A stretch of 60,290 nucleotides of DNA from a virus (IMGVR_UViG_3300049141_000058:1-60290); one strand, 5' to 3'; numbered from the stretch's first letter, positions 35,021 to 44,127 are shown. A program made the numbers and translations. Notes: a model not told the origin generated them from the sequence alone.

Positions 35021-35599
35021 TCAGACGGCCCGCAGGAGTTGCTCCAAGGGCAGGGTCTCCATGCGGCCGGTCCCATCGTGCATGATCGTCACTCGGTCCT
35101 CCGGCTCGCTCTCCGCAGTGGCAACGACGGTCACGGCGGTGTGAGGATCAACGGCCAGGTGGACACGACGGCCGATCGGCGGGCGGGCGGTCAACCTGCG
35201 GGCCTCCAGTTCGATCCGATACTGCCGCTCGATTATTTCGTTGGCGCGCTCGACACTGATCGGCTCACCGTTCCATAGATAGCGGGAACCCGTTGAGATC
35301 ATCTTCGGAGTGGACGGGCGAGTGCCAGGCGTCACCTTCTCGCCGCAGATAGGGCACTCCAGCCACATGTCCGCGTGCTCGTCGCCGCAGTCCGGGCACC
35401 AGTACGGCTCACCCGTCACCTGCTTCAGCGTGGGATAGGCGACGCGCCCGGTATCCGACTTCATGGCACGGTGCTCGTGGCCGTTACTGTCGGCACCCTG
35501 CCAGTTCGGATCCGATTCCGGCAGGTCCGACTCGATCCACTGGATGTCGTTCTCGAAGCTGAGAACGCCGTCTTCCAGGTGCAGCTCGTGGGTAGCCAT
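35021..35599 (-). CDS. hypothetical protein with Zn ribbon
   Basis: ATG after GAAGGA; CPDC..CPIC. Confidence 0.7.
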   Translation of the reverse strand: MATHELHLEDGVLSFENDIQWIESDLPESDPNWQGADSNGHEHRAMKSDTGRVAYPTLKQVTGEPYWCPDCGDEHADMWLECPICGEKVTPGTRPSTPKMISTGSRYLWNGEPISVERANEIIERQYRIELEARRLTARPPIGRRVHLAVDPHTAVTVVATAESEPEDRVTIMHDGTGRMETLPLEQLLRAV

Positions 35600-35723
35600 C
35601 CGGTCCTTCCCGGTTGCGGCCCCGCCGGGGTTCCACGCTCGGCGGGGCTTCAGCCACAACACACCCGACTTGATCGCCGGATAGATACGACAAGCCTACG
35701 ACGGGCCACTGACACCGCCGGGG

Positions 35724-36080
35724 TTAGACGTACCGGCCGGGACCCCATTCTTGCGGCGACCTAGGGCACGGTCCGCCAGCCCACTGCGAGTGCGGGTGAC
35801 TGCAGCGGGTGCAGCGCTGTACCCCGTCGTCCCCGTACCGGAAGTCGTGCTCATCATCGCGCGTCGACAGGCGGTACTCGCCGACGGCGTAGCGAGTGAT
35901 CTCCCCGGTTACGCCGTCCATGTGGAAGTTCGGACGCCACCCCTTCGCGTACTCCCGGAGCCTCGTGAACGCCTCACCCATCGGGCGCAGGTACTCCAGC
36001 TCCACGGCAGGCGGGTCCTGATAATGGCGGCCGACTTGCCGCAGTGCGCGGTCGGCGTTCGGGTACGGGCGGTAGGCCAT
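35724..36080 (-). CDS. hypothetical protein
   Basis: MAYRPYPNADRALR start, TGATG coupling. Confidence 0.65.
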   Translation of the reverse strand: MAYRPYPNADRALRQVGRHYQDPPAVELEYLRPMGEAFTRLREYAKGWRPNFHMDGVTGEITRYAVGEYRLSTRDDEHDFRYGDDGVQRCTRCSHPHSQWAGGPCPRSPQEWGPGRYV

Positions 36081-36202
36081 CAGATCACCCCGAACGCTTC
36101 GAGCCACATGCCGACAATGCCGACCACGACAAGCAGCAGCAGGCCACCACCAACGATTGCCGCGAAGAGATCGTCCGCGTGGTAGCCGATCCAGTCCCGC
36201 AT
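36080..36202 (-). CDS. small membrane peptide
   Basis: MRDWIGYHADDLFAAIVGGGLLLLVVVGIVGMW after GAGGAGG. Confidence 0.55.
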   Translation of the reverse strand: MRDWIGYHADDLFAAIVGGGLLLLVVVGIVGMWLEAFGVI

Positions 36203-36238
36203 GGCCCCTCCTCTATCCAAGGCCAGGATGGCAGAGAC

Positions 36239-36436
36239 TCACGTCCGCTCGGGCCACTCCGTCAACGTTTCGCCGGTGGCCTGGTCAGTGAGGGTGACGC
36301 GGACGCCGGGCCGCCCGTAGTCGCCGATTAGTGCGTTCGCCTTCGCACGGGCCGTGGCCTTGCTCCCCCACCAGCCGTGCAGTACGGGCCGGTCGTCGAT
36401 CATCAGCAGGACGTAGTAGCGGGAAGGGTCACTCAT
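36239..36436 (-). CDS. conserved Streptomyces hypothetical protein
   Basis: RPVLHGWW...ATAR...RVTLTD...LTEWP, coupled to the mini-LexA gene. Confidence 0.7.
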   Translation of the reverse strand: MSDPSRYYVLLMIDDRPVLHGWWGSKATARAKANALIGDYGRPGVRVTLTDQATGETLTEWPERT

Positions 36437-36657
36437 GCGAGCCGGATTCCGCGGGTGCGGCCGGCGGTGCGGACGATGGCGCCCTTCCGCTCCAGTTCGA
36501 CCAGCTGGTAGTGGACGCTGGACCTGCTGCGTAGGCCGACGGCGGCAGCGATTTCCGCTCCGGTGGGCGCTTCCCCCTGGTCGGCGATGGTCTGCCGGAT
36601 GTGGCGGAGGATGCGCTCCTGGATGACGGTGAGGTGGTCTACGCGGTGCTGTGCCAT
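36433..36657 (-). CDS. LexA-like DNA-binding domain only (no peptidase domain)
   Basis: LTVIQERILRHIRQTIADQGEAPTGAEIAAAVGLRSRSSVHYQLVELERKGAI. Confidence 0.88.
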   Translation of the reverse strand: MAQHRVDHLTVIQERILRHIRQTIADQGEAPTGAEIAAAVGLRSRSSVHYQLVELERKGAIVRTAGRTRGIRLA

Positions 36658-36666
36658 ACCTCCCAG

Positions 36667-36682
36667 TAGAAACCTTGTTCGA
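36667..36682. promoter_or_regulatory. SOS (LexA) box between divergent genes
   Basis: TAGAAA-CCTT-GTTCGA. Confidence 0.6.
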
Positions 36683-36704
36683 TTTATGGGGCAAGCTGGG
36701 AGGC

Positions 36705-37040
36705 GTGACCGACCTGCCGCCTGACCTGCCGCGTCTCCGCACCCTGGAGCGGTGGCTCGCCCTCGCCCTGGCCGAGGTGCGGCAGGCCATCGCCGTCGCC
36801 GAGCAGCGGGAAGCCGAGCGCCAGCGCGGTATCGCCGCCCGTCCGCCGGCTCCGGACTGGCTCCTGGAGCAGGGCCTCACCGGACGGGTGCCGGTGTACG
36901 TCCATGCAGGCGGCTGCCACATGGCTGGCAAGCGGTCCCGGTCCGCCACCGCCGGCCAGGCGCGGCAGGCCCTCGCCGAAGGGGTGGACGCCTGCCCGCA
37001 CTGCCGGCCCGACACCGGCCTCGGCTATCTCGACGGCTAG
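36705..37040 (+). CDS. DUF6233-like protein
   Basis: DLPPDLPRLRTLE..VHAGGC..ACPHCRPDTGLG. Confidence 0.75.
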   Translation: MTDLPPDLPRLRTLERWLALALAEVRQAIAVAEQREAERQRGIAARPPAPDWLLEQGLTGRVPVYVHAGGCHMAGKRSRSATAGQARQALAEGVDACPHCRPDTGLGYLDG

Positions 37041-37942
37041 GCCGACCGGCGCGGCTTGCGCGGAGCCGCCTTCTTGGCCGCGGTCTTCTTGGCGGGCTGC
37101 TTCTTCGCGGTCTTCTTCGGCGGCGGCATCTCGTGGACGTCGGCGTCTCCGCCCTCGCCCCGTGACGCCTTCGCCTTGGCCACGGACGCGTTCAGTGCGG
37201 CCATGAGGTCGACGAGCTGCCCCGGCTCCTCCGCCGGCTCCGGCATTGGCGGTGGTGCGATGTGCTGCCGCTTGGCTTCGATGATCTGGGCGACGGCTTC
37301 CGTGTACCGGTCCTGGAACTCTTCGCCGACCAGTTCGTCGACGGTCATGGTGTCCATCAGGGCGAGCGCGCCCGCGATCTCCTCGTTGGTCACGTCGACG
37401 GGAGGGGGCAGCAGTTCGGTGGGGTCGCGGATTTCATCCGGCCAGCGCATGGCGTGGAGGACGATGACGTCGCCGCGGACGCGGAGCAGGCCGAGACGCT
37501 CGCGTCCTGACCAGGCGTACTTCGCCACCGCCACCTTCGAGGAGCGGCCGAGAGCCTGGACGAGCAGCTTGTACGGCTTCGCGGCGACCTGCCCGTCGGG
37601 CTGGAGGTAGTAGCCCTCACCGATACGGATCGGGTCGACGGAGTCGAGGGGCACGAAGGCTTCGATCTCGATCGCCTTCGCGGTCGGCAGGGGTAGGTTC
37701 CGCAGGTCGTCGTCGCTGATGGGGATGACCTGCGTTTTGCTCAGCTCATACCCTTTGCCGATCTCCGACTGGGCGACCTCGCGGTCCTCGAGTTCGCACA
37801 CCTTGCGGTAGCGGACCCGGCCCATGTCCTCCAGGTGGTACTGGTGGAACTGGATGCTGTGGTTCTCGGTGGCCGACTGCACGTTGATCGGCACGGTGAC
37901 CAGGCCAAACGAGATGGCGCCGGACCAGATGGTTCGGGGCAT
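37037..37942 (-). CDS. ku: NHEJ DNA end-binding protein Ku
   Basis: RTIWSGAISFGLVTVPI, IGKGYE, YYLQP, VDLMAALNASV, Lys-rich tail. Confidence 0.96.
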   Translation of the reverse strand: MPRTIWSGAISFGLVTVPINVQSATENHSIQFHQYHLEDMGRVRYRKVCELEDREVAQSEIGKGYELSKTQVIPISDDDLRNLPLPTAKAIEIEAFVPLDSVDPIRIGEGYYLQPDGQVAAKPYKLLVQALGRSSKVAVAKYAWSGRERLGLLRVRGDVIVLHAMRWPDEIRDPTELLPPPVDVTNEEIAGALALMDTMTVDELVGEEFQDRYTEAVAQIIEAKRQHIAPPPMPEPAEEPGQLVDLMAALNASVAKAKASRGEGGDADVHEMPPPKKTAKKQPAKKTAAKKAAPRKPRRSA

Positions 37943-38088
37943 GGCGGACCTCCCAGACGGCCCCGAGCAAGGTCCAGCCTACGGTCGCCGCCCGGATGTC
38001 GCAGCAAGCGAAACGCCCCATATGGGATGAATGGTCGGATTGGGTGAGGGGCACTCCGTCTCGTGAACCCCCACAGGACGGAGCTGCA

Positions 38089-38364
38089 ATGATCATCCAG
38101 AAGATGCACGAAATAGGCGTCAGGAGCGAGCACGCCTACATGGCCGCCTTCGCCTCCATCGGCCTCACCGTCGTCGCCTGGGCCACCAGCCTCAACGCCG
38201 AACCCGGCGCCGGTATCGCCCGCGCCGACCGATGGGGCCTCTTCGTCGGCGAATGGGCGCCCACGTTCTTCGGCCTCGGCCTCGCGCTCTCCCATTACGA
38301 GCAGCAGGACGGCACCCTGACGGCCAGCGTCCACGACTTCCGGGACGCCGCGAAAGCGGGCTGA
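38089..38364 (+). CDS. conserved actinobacterial membrane protein
   Basis: ADRWGLFVGEWAPTFFGLGLAL. Confidence 0.8.
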   Translation: MIIQKMHEIGVRSEHAYMAAFASIGLTVVAWATSLNAEPGAGIARADRWGLFVGEWAPTFFGLGLALSHYEQQDGTLTASVHDFRDAAKAG

Positions 38365-38571
38365 GCGAGGCAGCCGCGTGGCCTCCCGTGGGGAGCCGGG
38401 AGGTGCGGCGGGCCCTGCCGGCCGGTCACGCACGGCAGGGCCCAAGAGGGGGTCCGTCACCTGGCGGTGGTGGGGAGGATCCCGCCCTCACACCATGCAT
38501 CACGATCCAGCCATGCGGTAGATCCGCGGCTGAAATTCGCCGCTGTCAGTGGTGGCAGGCATCATGCCCGC

Positions 38572-38745
38572 ATGCAGAACTACAGCCTCACCTGGACCGA
38601 CCCTGACGGCCGCCCGCGCGCCTCCGCCGTCGCCTACGACCAACCCAGCGCCGCCGAACGCAAAACCGAGCTCCAAAAGGCCGGCTGCACCAACGTGGAG
38701 ATCGTTCCCGTCAAGCCCGGCCAGCTGCCCGAACCGCGGGCGTGA
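38572..38745 (+). CDS. small hypothetical protein
   Basis: MQNYSLTWTDPDGRPRASAVAYD. Confidence 0.65.
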   Translation: MQNYSLTWTDPDGRPRASAVAYDQPSAAERKTELQKAGCTNVEIVPVKPGQLPEPRA

Positions 38746-38837
38746 CGCACGCGAGCGCCCGACCTTCTGGCCGGGCGCTCGGGGTTCGGCGATCGCGTCC
38801 GCAGACCATCGCCACTGGGCACCCAGAAGGCGCGTCA

Positions 38838-38914
38838 GGTGCGGGGCCGGAGTCGAACCGACGTCCATGCCGGGCATGACCCCGGCCGCTCTATACCCAG
38901 TGAGCTACCCGCAC
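38838..38914 (-). tRNA. tRNA-like element with an aberrant 8-nt anticodon loop (GGUCAUGC), no encoded CCA
   Basis: Acceptor GTGCGGG/CCCGCAC; D arm GCTC-ACTGGGTATA-GAGC; anticodon stem GCCGG/CCGGC; T arm GTCGG-TTCGACT-CCGGC. Confidence 0.75.
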
Positions 38915-38986
38915 CCCCAGGATGCCAGAAGCCCCGCCGAGACGGGGGAGCCCGGCAGGGCCTGACAGCAGTGTGGCACGGGGCGG

Positions 38987-39160
38987 TCAGTCTTCGCGGT
39001 GAAGCGGGGACTCTCGGCAGCGCGGATTCGTGCAGATGACCTTCTCTTCCTCGCTGGCCGGCTCCATGTAGGTGCGAAGGCTGAAGGTGTTACAGCCGGT
39101 GCACCGGCGTTGGGGGCCGGGCTTGGTGCTGTTGAGGAACTCACTGAACGGCGTCGTCAT
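38987..39160 (-). CDS. small Zn-ribbon protein
   Basis: CTGC...CTNPRC, ATGA-coupled to the recombinase gene. Confidence 0.55.
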   Translation of the reverse strand: MTTPFSEFLNSTKPGPQRRCTGCNTFSLRTYMEPASEEEKVICTNPRCRESPLHRED

Positions 39161-40176
39161 AGTCCGATGTCCTCCGATGCGGCGTCGGTCCACTTGTCGG
39201 CTTCGCGGATGTAGCCCCAGAAGGCGGGGCTGTTCTCGGCGTGGCCGGACTGTTCGCGGATCTTCTCCTCTCGCTTGCCTGCGCGTCGAGAGGTGGTGAT
39301 GAATCCGGCCCGCATGCTGTGTCCGGTCAGCCGCACCGACAGGCCGGCGCGTTCGGCGTTGCGAGCGATGATCTCGCGGACGGCTTCCGGGGAGAGGGCG
39401 CGGTTGCCGAGGCGGCCGTGGACGGTGATGGGCAGGAAGGAGGGGCCCGAGGTGATGCCTGCGGCGGCGCGCCAGGTGAGCCATGCGCGGACGGGGCAGG
39501 TGTCGGGGTTCTTGCCGTAGTGGACGACGACGTCGCGGGGTGGGCGGCCTTTGACCGCGGGGACGTGGACTTCGAGTCCTTGGCTGACGTGGACGATCGA
39601 CTCGGCGCGGAGGGCGGCGACTTCGGCGGAGCGTCCGGCGATGGCGAAGGCAAGGAGCCAGAGGGCGCGGTCGCGGAGTCCGGTGAGTCCGTCGGCGACG
39701 GCGGCGTTCATCTGCCGGAGCTGTTCGGGTGTGGCTGCGGCGGCCTTCCCTCGGCCGCGCGCCATGCGTTCGGGGTCGTGCTTGAGCGGCTTGAGGGCTT
39801 GCCGGGCGGCGACGGTGGCGGCCTTGGGTACCTCGACGCCGTGTTCGTTCCGGGCGGTGACGGTGACGCCGGTGATCCTGCGGTCGATGCTGTTGGGTGC
39901 GGCGAGTTTGATGGTGTCGAGCCAGACGACGAATCCGACGAGCGTGCCCTTGGTGACGTTGGTGGAGGCGATCCGGTGCCCGGTGCGCTCCCCCAGCCAG
40001 TCGTGGAACTCCTCCCACAGCGCCCAGTCGTTGGCGTAGCCGCGCTTCGTGTTGTGGGGGCGGATGGCGTCGAGGTGCTTCTCGGCTGCCTTTTCCATGG
40101 CGTGCAGGACGGCGAGCGTCGCAGCGTCGTAGATGGCGGGGGCGGTGTCGGACTGGTGGGGGACGACCGCGGTCAC
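39157..40176 (-). CDS. Cre-like tyrosine recombinase/resolvase
   Basis: NTKRGYANDW SAM-like N-terminus; LRDRAL, GRSAEV, GHSMRAG, SGH, GYIR. Confidence 0.92.
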   Translation of the reverse strand: MTAVVPHQSDTAPAIYDAATLAVLHAMEKAAEKHLDAIRPHNTKRGYANDWALWEEFHDWLGERTGHRIASTNVTKGTLVGFVVWLDTIKLAAPNSIDRRITGVTVTARNEHGVEVPKAATVAARQALKPLKHDPERMARGRGKAAAATPEQLRQMNAAVADGLTGLRDRALWLLAFAIAGRSAEVAALRAESIVHVSQGLEVHVPAVKGRPPRDVVVHYGKNPDTCPVRAWLTWRAAAGITSGPSFLPITVHGRLGNRALSPEAVREIIARNAERAGLSVRLTGHSMRAGFITTSRRAGKREEKIREQSGHAENSPAFWGYIREADKWTDAASEDIGL

Positions 40177-40436
40177 GACGGCATCCTCTCGTCGCCGACC
40201 CGGATCAAATGGTCCCCAATCTGCTCGATGACATCGCGGTGGGCGAGATCACCAGAACTGGGTTCCCGAATGCCGCGTCGACTGGACGTGAGGCGGGCGC
40301 TGTACAGAACGGCCTCCTCGCCGAGCCAAGCTGCGACTTCGCGACAGACGGCATCAGCTACTTCTGAGCGGGTCGCACCTGGACCTGCCGCCTCGGCGGC
40401 GGCGTAGACACGTCTCGTCAACTCTCCATTGGCCAT
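40173..40436 (-). CDS. hypothetical protein
   Basis: 87 aa, GTGA-coupled to the recombinase gene. Confidence 0.5.
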   Translation of the reverse strand: MANGELTRRVYAAAEAAGPGATRSEVADAVCREVAAWLGEEAVLYSARLTSSRRGIREPSSGDLAHRDVIEQIGDHLIRVGDERMPS

Positions 40437-40462
40437 GCCTAATTTTACCGGTTTGGCACCCG

Positions 40463-40480
40463 CGATATGGCATGTTATCG
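40463..40480. other. candidate res/dif-like crossover site
   Basis: CGATAT-GGCATG-TTATCG upstream of the recombinase operon. Confidence 0.45.
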
Positions 40481-40544
40481 AGAGTCGTACCGGTCAACCC
40501 CTGACCGTCGGCTGGCGACTTGACGGGGCGGCTACCTTCGGATC

Positions 40545-40823
40545 ATGACCACGTACAAGGGCGGCGCCACCCTCCTCGCCGAGGACGGCCGCAAGTTCGA
40601 CGCCGAAGCGGATCTCACTAAGGACTCGTCCGGGAGTTGGCGCGGCACCCTCACCTTCCGCGACGCCGCCCTCTTCCGGGCCCTGCTGAACATCAGCGAC
40701 GGCCACCTCCTCATCGGAGGAAAGGTCGGCGAGTTCGTCCGGCCGGACACCTCCGACTGGGCCGCCAACCCTGCCGGCCCACGAGTGATGCGCATCCTGG
40801 GGAGCGGCGAGGCCCCGTTCTAA
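40545..40823 (+). CDS. hypothetical protein
   Basis: 92 aa, strong GC3 codon bias. Confidence 0.75.
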   Translation: MTTYKGGATLLAEDGRKFDAEADLTKDSSGSWRGTLTFRDAALFRALLNISDGHLLIGGKVGEFVRPDTSDWAANPAGPRVMRILGSGEAPF

Positions 40824-40879
40824 CCCACACCCTCGCGTCCGCCACCGCCGCTCGGCGGGGGCGGACTGTTCCGCCAGGC

Positions 40880-40904
40880 AGCGCATAAGGGAACGTTATG
40901 CGCT
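40880..40904. other. dif-like palindrome
   Basis: AGCGCATAA-GGGAACG-TTATGCGCT; the arm resembles the XerC half-site GCGCATAA. Confidence 0.45.
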
Positions 40905-41205
40905 ACGCATCCTCCGGCTCGGGCTCGCATGTCTTGCACCTTGCCCTCTCCCGGTTGGGAGGTAGGAACCTTGCGGTGGCGATCAGTTCCCGGAGGGCGC
41001 GGCGGGTTTCAGGGCTCATCGGAGGGGCGCTGTCCGCGGCACGCTTCGCCGCTTCCGTCGCCGCTGCCCCCAGCAGGGTCTCGGAGCACTTCATGCAGAA
41101 CGGTTCGGTCACCACCGGTCAACGAGCAGAGAGCCGATCGGGCACAACGAGTGATCCTTGAAGTTGGTGCCTGAGAGTGAAGATCGGCCGCTACGCTCCC
41201 CCGGC

Positions 41206-41799
41206 ATGGACATTCCCTGGACGGACGTAGGCGCCGTCTTCACTGCCGGTTTGAGTGCGATAGCGGCGTGGGGCGCGTGGTTCGCGGCGAAGAGGTCGGC
41301 GAAGACCGCCGAGACTTTGGCCCGCATCGAGCGGGCTCGCCGACACGAGGAGCGGCGCCCGCGCTTTGCGCTGACCTTGGAAGGCACGTCTCAGGAGCAC
41401 TCGACCCTCAACGTGCACCTGGCCGGGCCGGACGAGTTGGGCGAGGTCGAGGTGGTGAGCATCCGTGTCGACGACGATGACAAGGACCGGACCGGTCTCA
41501 CGCATGGGGATGTCACCCCGGAGGACATCGCCAACCACATCTGGGGGCCGTTCAAGTTCACGCCGCGCGTCGACACGGCGGACGAGCATGGGCGAACGGT
41601 TGGGCCCTTCTCCCTCAAGGTGGGTCGGGGGCGCCCCTTCCAGATGGACCGGACGCGTCCCGGTCATTGGATGGGAGGGCAGACGATGGATCAGTGGCAG
41701 CAGGCGTACCTCGGCCATCCGGTGCGCCTGGTGGTCACCAGTCGGGCGGGAGAGGAGACGTGGGTCTCAGCTCACGCACTTCCCAACGAGCCTTGGTAG
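41206..41799 (+). CDS. membrane-anchored hypothetical protein
   Basis: N-terminal TM helix VGAVFTAGLSAIAAWGAWFAA. Confidence 0.75.
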   Translation: MDIPWTDVGAVFTAGLSAIAAWGAWFAAKRSAKTAETLARIERARRHEERRPRFALTLEGTSQEHSTLNVHLAGPDELGEVEVVSIRVDDDDKDRTGLTHGDVTPEDIANHIWGPFKFTPRVDTADEHGRTVGPFSLKVGRGRPFQMDRTRPGHWMGGQTMDQWQQAYLGHPVRLVVTSRAGEETWVSAHALPNEPW

Positions 41800-41886
41800 T
41801 CGTTCCGTCACAGACCGGTAACCTGCCCTCACGCTTCCCCCACATGTGATCTACGGTGTTCCAGCATTCAACCTTGGGGGGTTCCA

Positions 41887-42522
41887 ATGTCGTTCAACCA
41901 ACCGCCTCCGCCTGCCCAGCCTCCGTTCCAGGGCCAGCCCTTATCGCCGTCGGCACCGCCGTCCGTCGGCCCGAAGTGGGCCCGAAAGCGGTACGTGATC
42001 CCGGCCGCCGTCCTCACCCTGTTCGTGGGTGTCGGGATAGGCTCCGCTGGCGGCAGCGAGCAGGAGAAGACCAGTGCCGGCGCCAAGCCGCAGCCCACGG
42101 TCACCGTCACCGAGACCGCCGCAGCGAAGCCGGCGAAGGCCGATAAGGCCGAACCGGCGCCCACCGTGACCGTGACGAAGACGGTCAAACCGAAGGCCGA
42201 CAGCAAGCCAGCCGCCCCGCCGGCCGATGAAGGCTCCGCGGGCGAGGTGGTCTTCAAGGTGTGGGGGTCCGCTCCGGCTGGAGTGGACATCAACTACGGA
42301 AGCGACAGCGACAGCCGGTCCGGCGAGGGCTTGCCGATGACGAAGACGCTGAAGCTGGACAGCGAGGCGATGTACTACAGCGTCTCGGCGCAACTCATGG
42401 GTGGCGGGGACATCAACTGCTCCGTGACCGTGGACGGCGAGACGAAGAAGGGGCACGCCTCCGGGGACTACAACATCTGCATGGCCCAGTTGAACAGCGG
42501 GTTCCTCGGCGGATGGGAGTAA
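41887..42522 (+). CDS. MmpS-like membrane-anchored surface protein
   Basis: Pro-rich N-terminus, TM helix, PTVTVT repeats, C-terminal SVSAQ..INCSVTVDG..C. Confidence 0.75.
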   Translation: MSFNQPPPPAQPPFQGQPLSPSAPPSVGPKWARKRYVIPAAVLTLFVGVGIGSAGGSEQEKTSAGAKPQPTVTVTETAAAKPAKADKAEPAPTVTVTKTVKPKADSKPAAPPADEGSAGEVVFKVWGSAPAGVDINYGSDSDSRSGEGLPMTKTLKLDSEAMYYSVSAQLMGGGDINCSVTVDGETKKGHASGDYNICMAQLNSGFLGGWE

Positions 42523-42527
42523 CAGTC

Positions 42528-42731
42528 GTGGGCACGCGCGCGACGGCAGCGACGGCTGCCCTGCTCCTGGCCGCACTCACCGCTTGCGGCAGCAGCGACC
42601 TCACCAAGGCGCAGGCCAAGGGCGGCACCCTCATCTACGTCGACGGCGAGGATGCGGCGCACCGCTGGGAGATGCCCTTCGTGGACAGCGGCCCGAACGT
42701 GGCCGACGTGAAGAAGCACCTGGAGTTCTGA
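42528..42731 (+). CDS. small lipoprotein
   Basis: Lipobox LLLAALTAC. Confidence 0.6.
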   Translation: MGTRATAATAALLLAALTACGSSDLTKAQAKGGTLIYVDGEDAAHRWEMPFVDSGPNVADVKKHLEF

Positions 42732-42956
42732 CATGACGGAGCGCCCCGCGCCCGCCGCCGAAGCGGGGGGTGCGGGGCGTCGTCACGCGGGCTCGTCGGC
42801 CGGTGGCAGGTCCGGGTCGTAGGCCGGCTCCTGGAACGGCTGGGTGGACGGCGCGGGTACCGGCTGCGGGGCCGCTTCGCCCATCTGCGCCAGGGAAGTC
42901 ATGTCCGCTGCTCCCTCGTCCCGGCGCGACTGCAGGGGGATCGGTTCGGGCATCGA

Positions 42957-43319
42957 TCACACTCCAGTTCGGTTGTACTCGTCGACCAGGGGATGCGCAG
43001 GCTCGGGTTCGATACCGGCTCGGTGCATCTGGCGTGCCCACCGGTCCGTTGTCCACGCGAACGCTCTTACGACCTGCTCGAGCCGCGACATGCGGCCTCG
43101 CAGGTTTCCGTTCTCCTCATCAACCCGTTTCACCGTCGCTTCCAGCACGGCCAGTTCCTGTGCCCGCGCCTGCGGGGCGGCCTGGATGACGGCCGCTGCC
43201 TCGTTGGCGCGCGCTGTGGCTTGGGCCGCCCGCACTGTGGCGCGGGCGACGAACCAGCCGCCTCCTCCGAGGACGCTGCCGGCGGCCGTGAAAATTGCCG
43301 CCCACTCGCCCACGTTCAT
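42957..43319 (-). CDS. lysis-cassette membrane/coiled-coil protein
   Basis: N-terminal TM plus coiled coil, downstream of the holin. Confidence 0.75.
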   Translation of the reverse strand: MNVGEWAAIFTAAGSVLGGGGWFVARATVRAAQATARANEAAAVIQAAPQARAQELAVLEATVKRVDEENGNLRGRMSRLEQVVRAFAWTTDRWARQMHRAGIEPEPAHPLVDEYNRTGV

Positions 43320-43759
43320 GCGGCCTTGCCTCTCCGGGGCAGCCTCGGCGCTGGGGGGACCGAGTATTCGGGCACCGTGGCCGCCCACATGATCACCCCG
43401 ACGTGACTCGTCAGGTACCAGACTGCGACGAACCCGCCGCGGGAGTAGTCGCCGGTGATGACGGCGACGGTGTAGGCGGTGGCCCACACGGTGGGGGGAA
43501 CGAGCGCGGCGAGGAAGCCAAGCCGGTCGCGGCCGACCTTGAGGAAGGCGCTGCCCAGGGTGGCGAGGCCGCAGATGATCCAGAGCCAGGACCAGTGCCG
43601 CAGTGAGCACAGGCGGGTGAGGAGTTCCAGGCCCTGGTTGCCGGGTGGGTCTACGAGGAAGGAGACTCCCCAGCAGGTTTTTCCGACGCCGAGGATTGCG
43701 AGGAAGACGCCGCGGCGGCCCAGCGCCTTGTGCAGCCGCCGGACCGCACGGCAGGGCAT
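43316..43759 (-). CDS. multi-pass membrane protein (lysis cassette)
   Basis: About 4 hydrophobic helices; LGRRGVFL motif. Confidence 0.75.
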   Translation of the reverse strand: MPCRAVRRLHKALGRRGVFLAILGVGKTCWGVSFLVDPPGNQGLELLTRLCSLRHWSWLWIICGLATLGSAFLKVGRDRLGFLAALVPPTVWATAYTVAVITGDYSRGGFVAVWYLTSHVGVIMWAATVPEYSVPPAPRLPRRGKAA

Positions 43760-44115
43760 CAGACCCCCGTTGGCCTGGTCGGTGCGGCTGGGCTGGACGG
43801 GGTGACCTGCACGCGGGTGAGTAGCGTTAGCACGGCCAGGACAAGGGTGTTGATGGCGCCGACGGTTTCCTGGGAGACCTCGTAGCCGTAGGCGGCGACG
43901 GCGGTGGCGCCGGCGGCGACGATCGCGGTGAAGGCCTGAGGTGCGACGGGGCGGGTCATGGCGGCGGCGATGCCGCCGAGGATCGCGGAGACGACGGCGA
44001 CGGTCGCGCCGGCCTGCTCGGCGGTCAGGCTGGTGATGCCGAGGGTGACGATGAGGCCGAGGATCGCGGACAGGCTGTTGAGGACGACGACCGGCTCTCT
44101 GCCGAAGATGCGCAT
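43759..44115 (-). CDS. holin
   Basis: MRIFGREPV N-terminus with an internally duplicated TM hairpin, downstream of the endolysin. Confidence 0.8.
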   Translation of the reverse strand: MRIFGREPVVVLNSLSAILGLIVTLGITSLTAEQAGATVAVVSAILGGIAAAMTRPVAPQAFTAIVAAGATAVAAYGYEVSQETVGAINTLVLAVLTLLTRVQVTPSSPAAPTRPTGV

Positions 44116-44127
44116 GGGGTTCTCGTT

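Noticed and set aside
40903-41115. 70-aa Cys-containing minus-strand ORF
   Set aside because: Weak start context and atypical codon use; left uncalled, though it may be real.
31436-42731. Region right of int interpreted as host chromosome (prophage boundary)
   Set aside because: The chorismate mutase match is only a start-less 3' fragment with an upstream in-frame stop, arm sites flank both sides, and lysis/tail genes follow. This is attP plus phage accessory genes.
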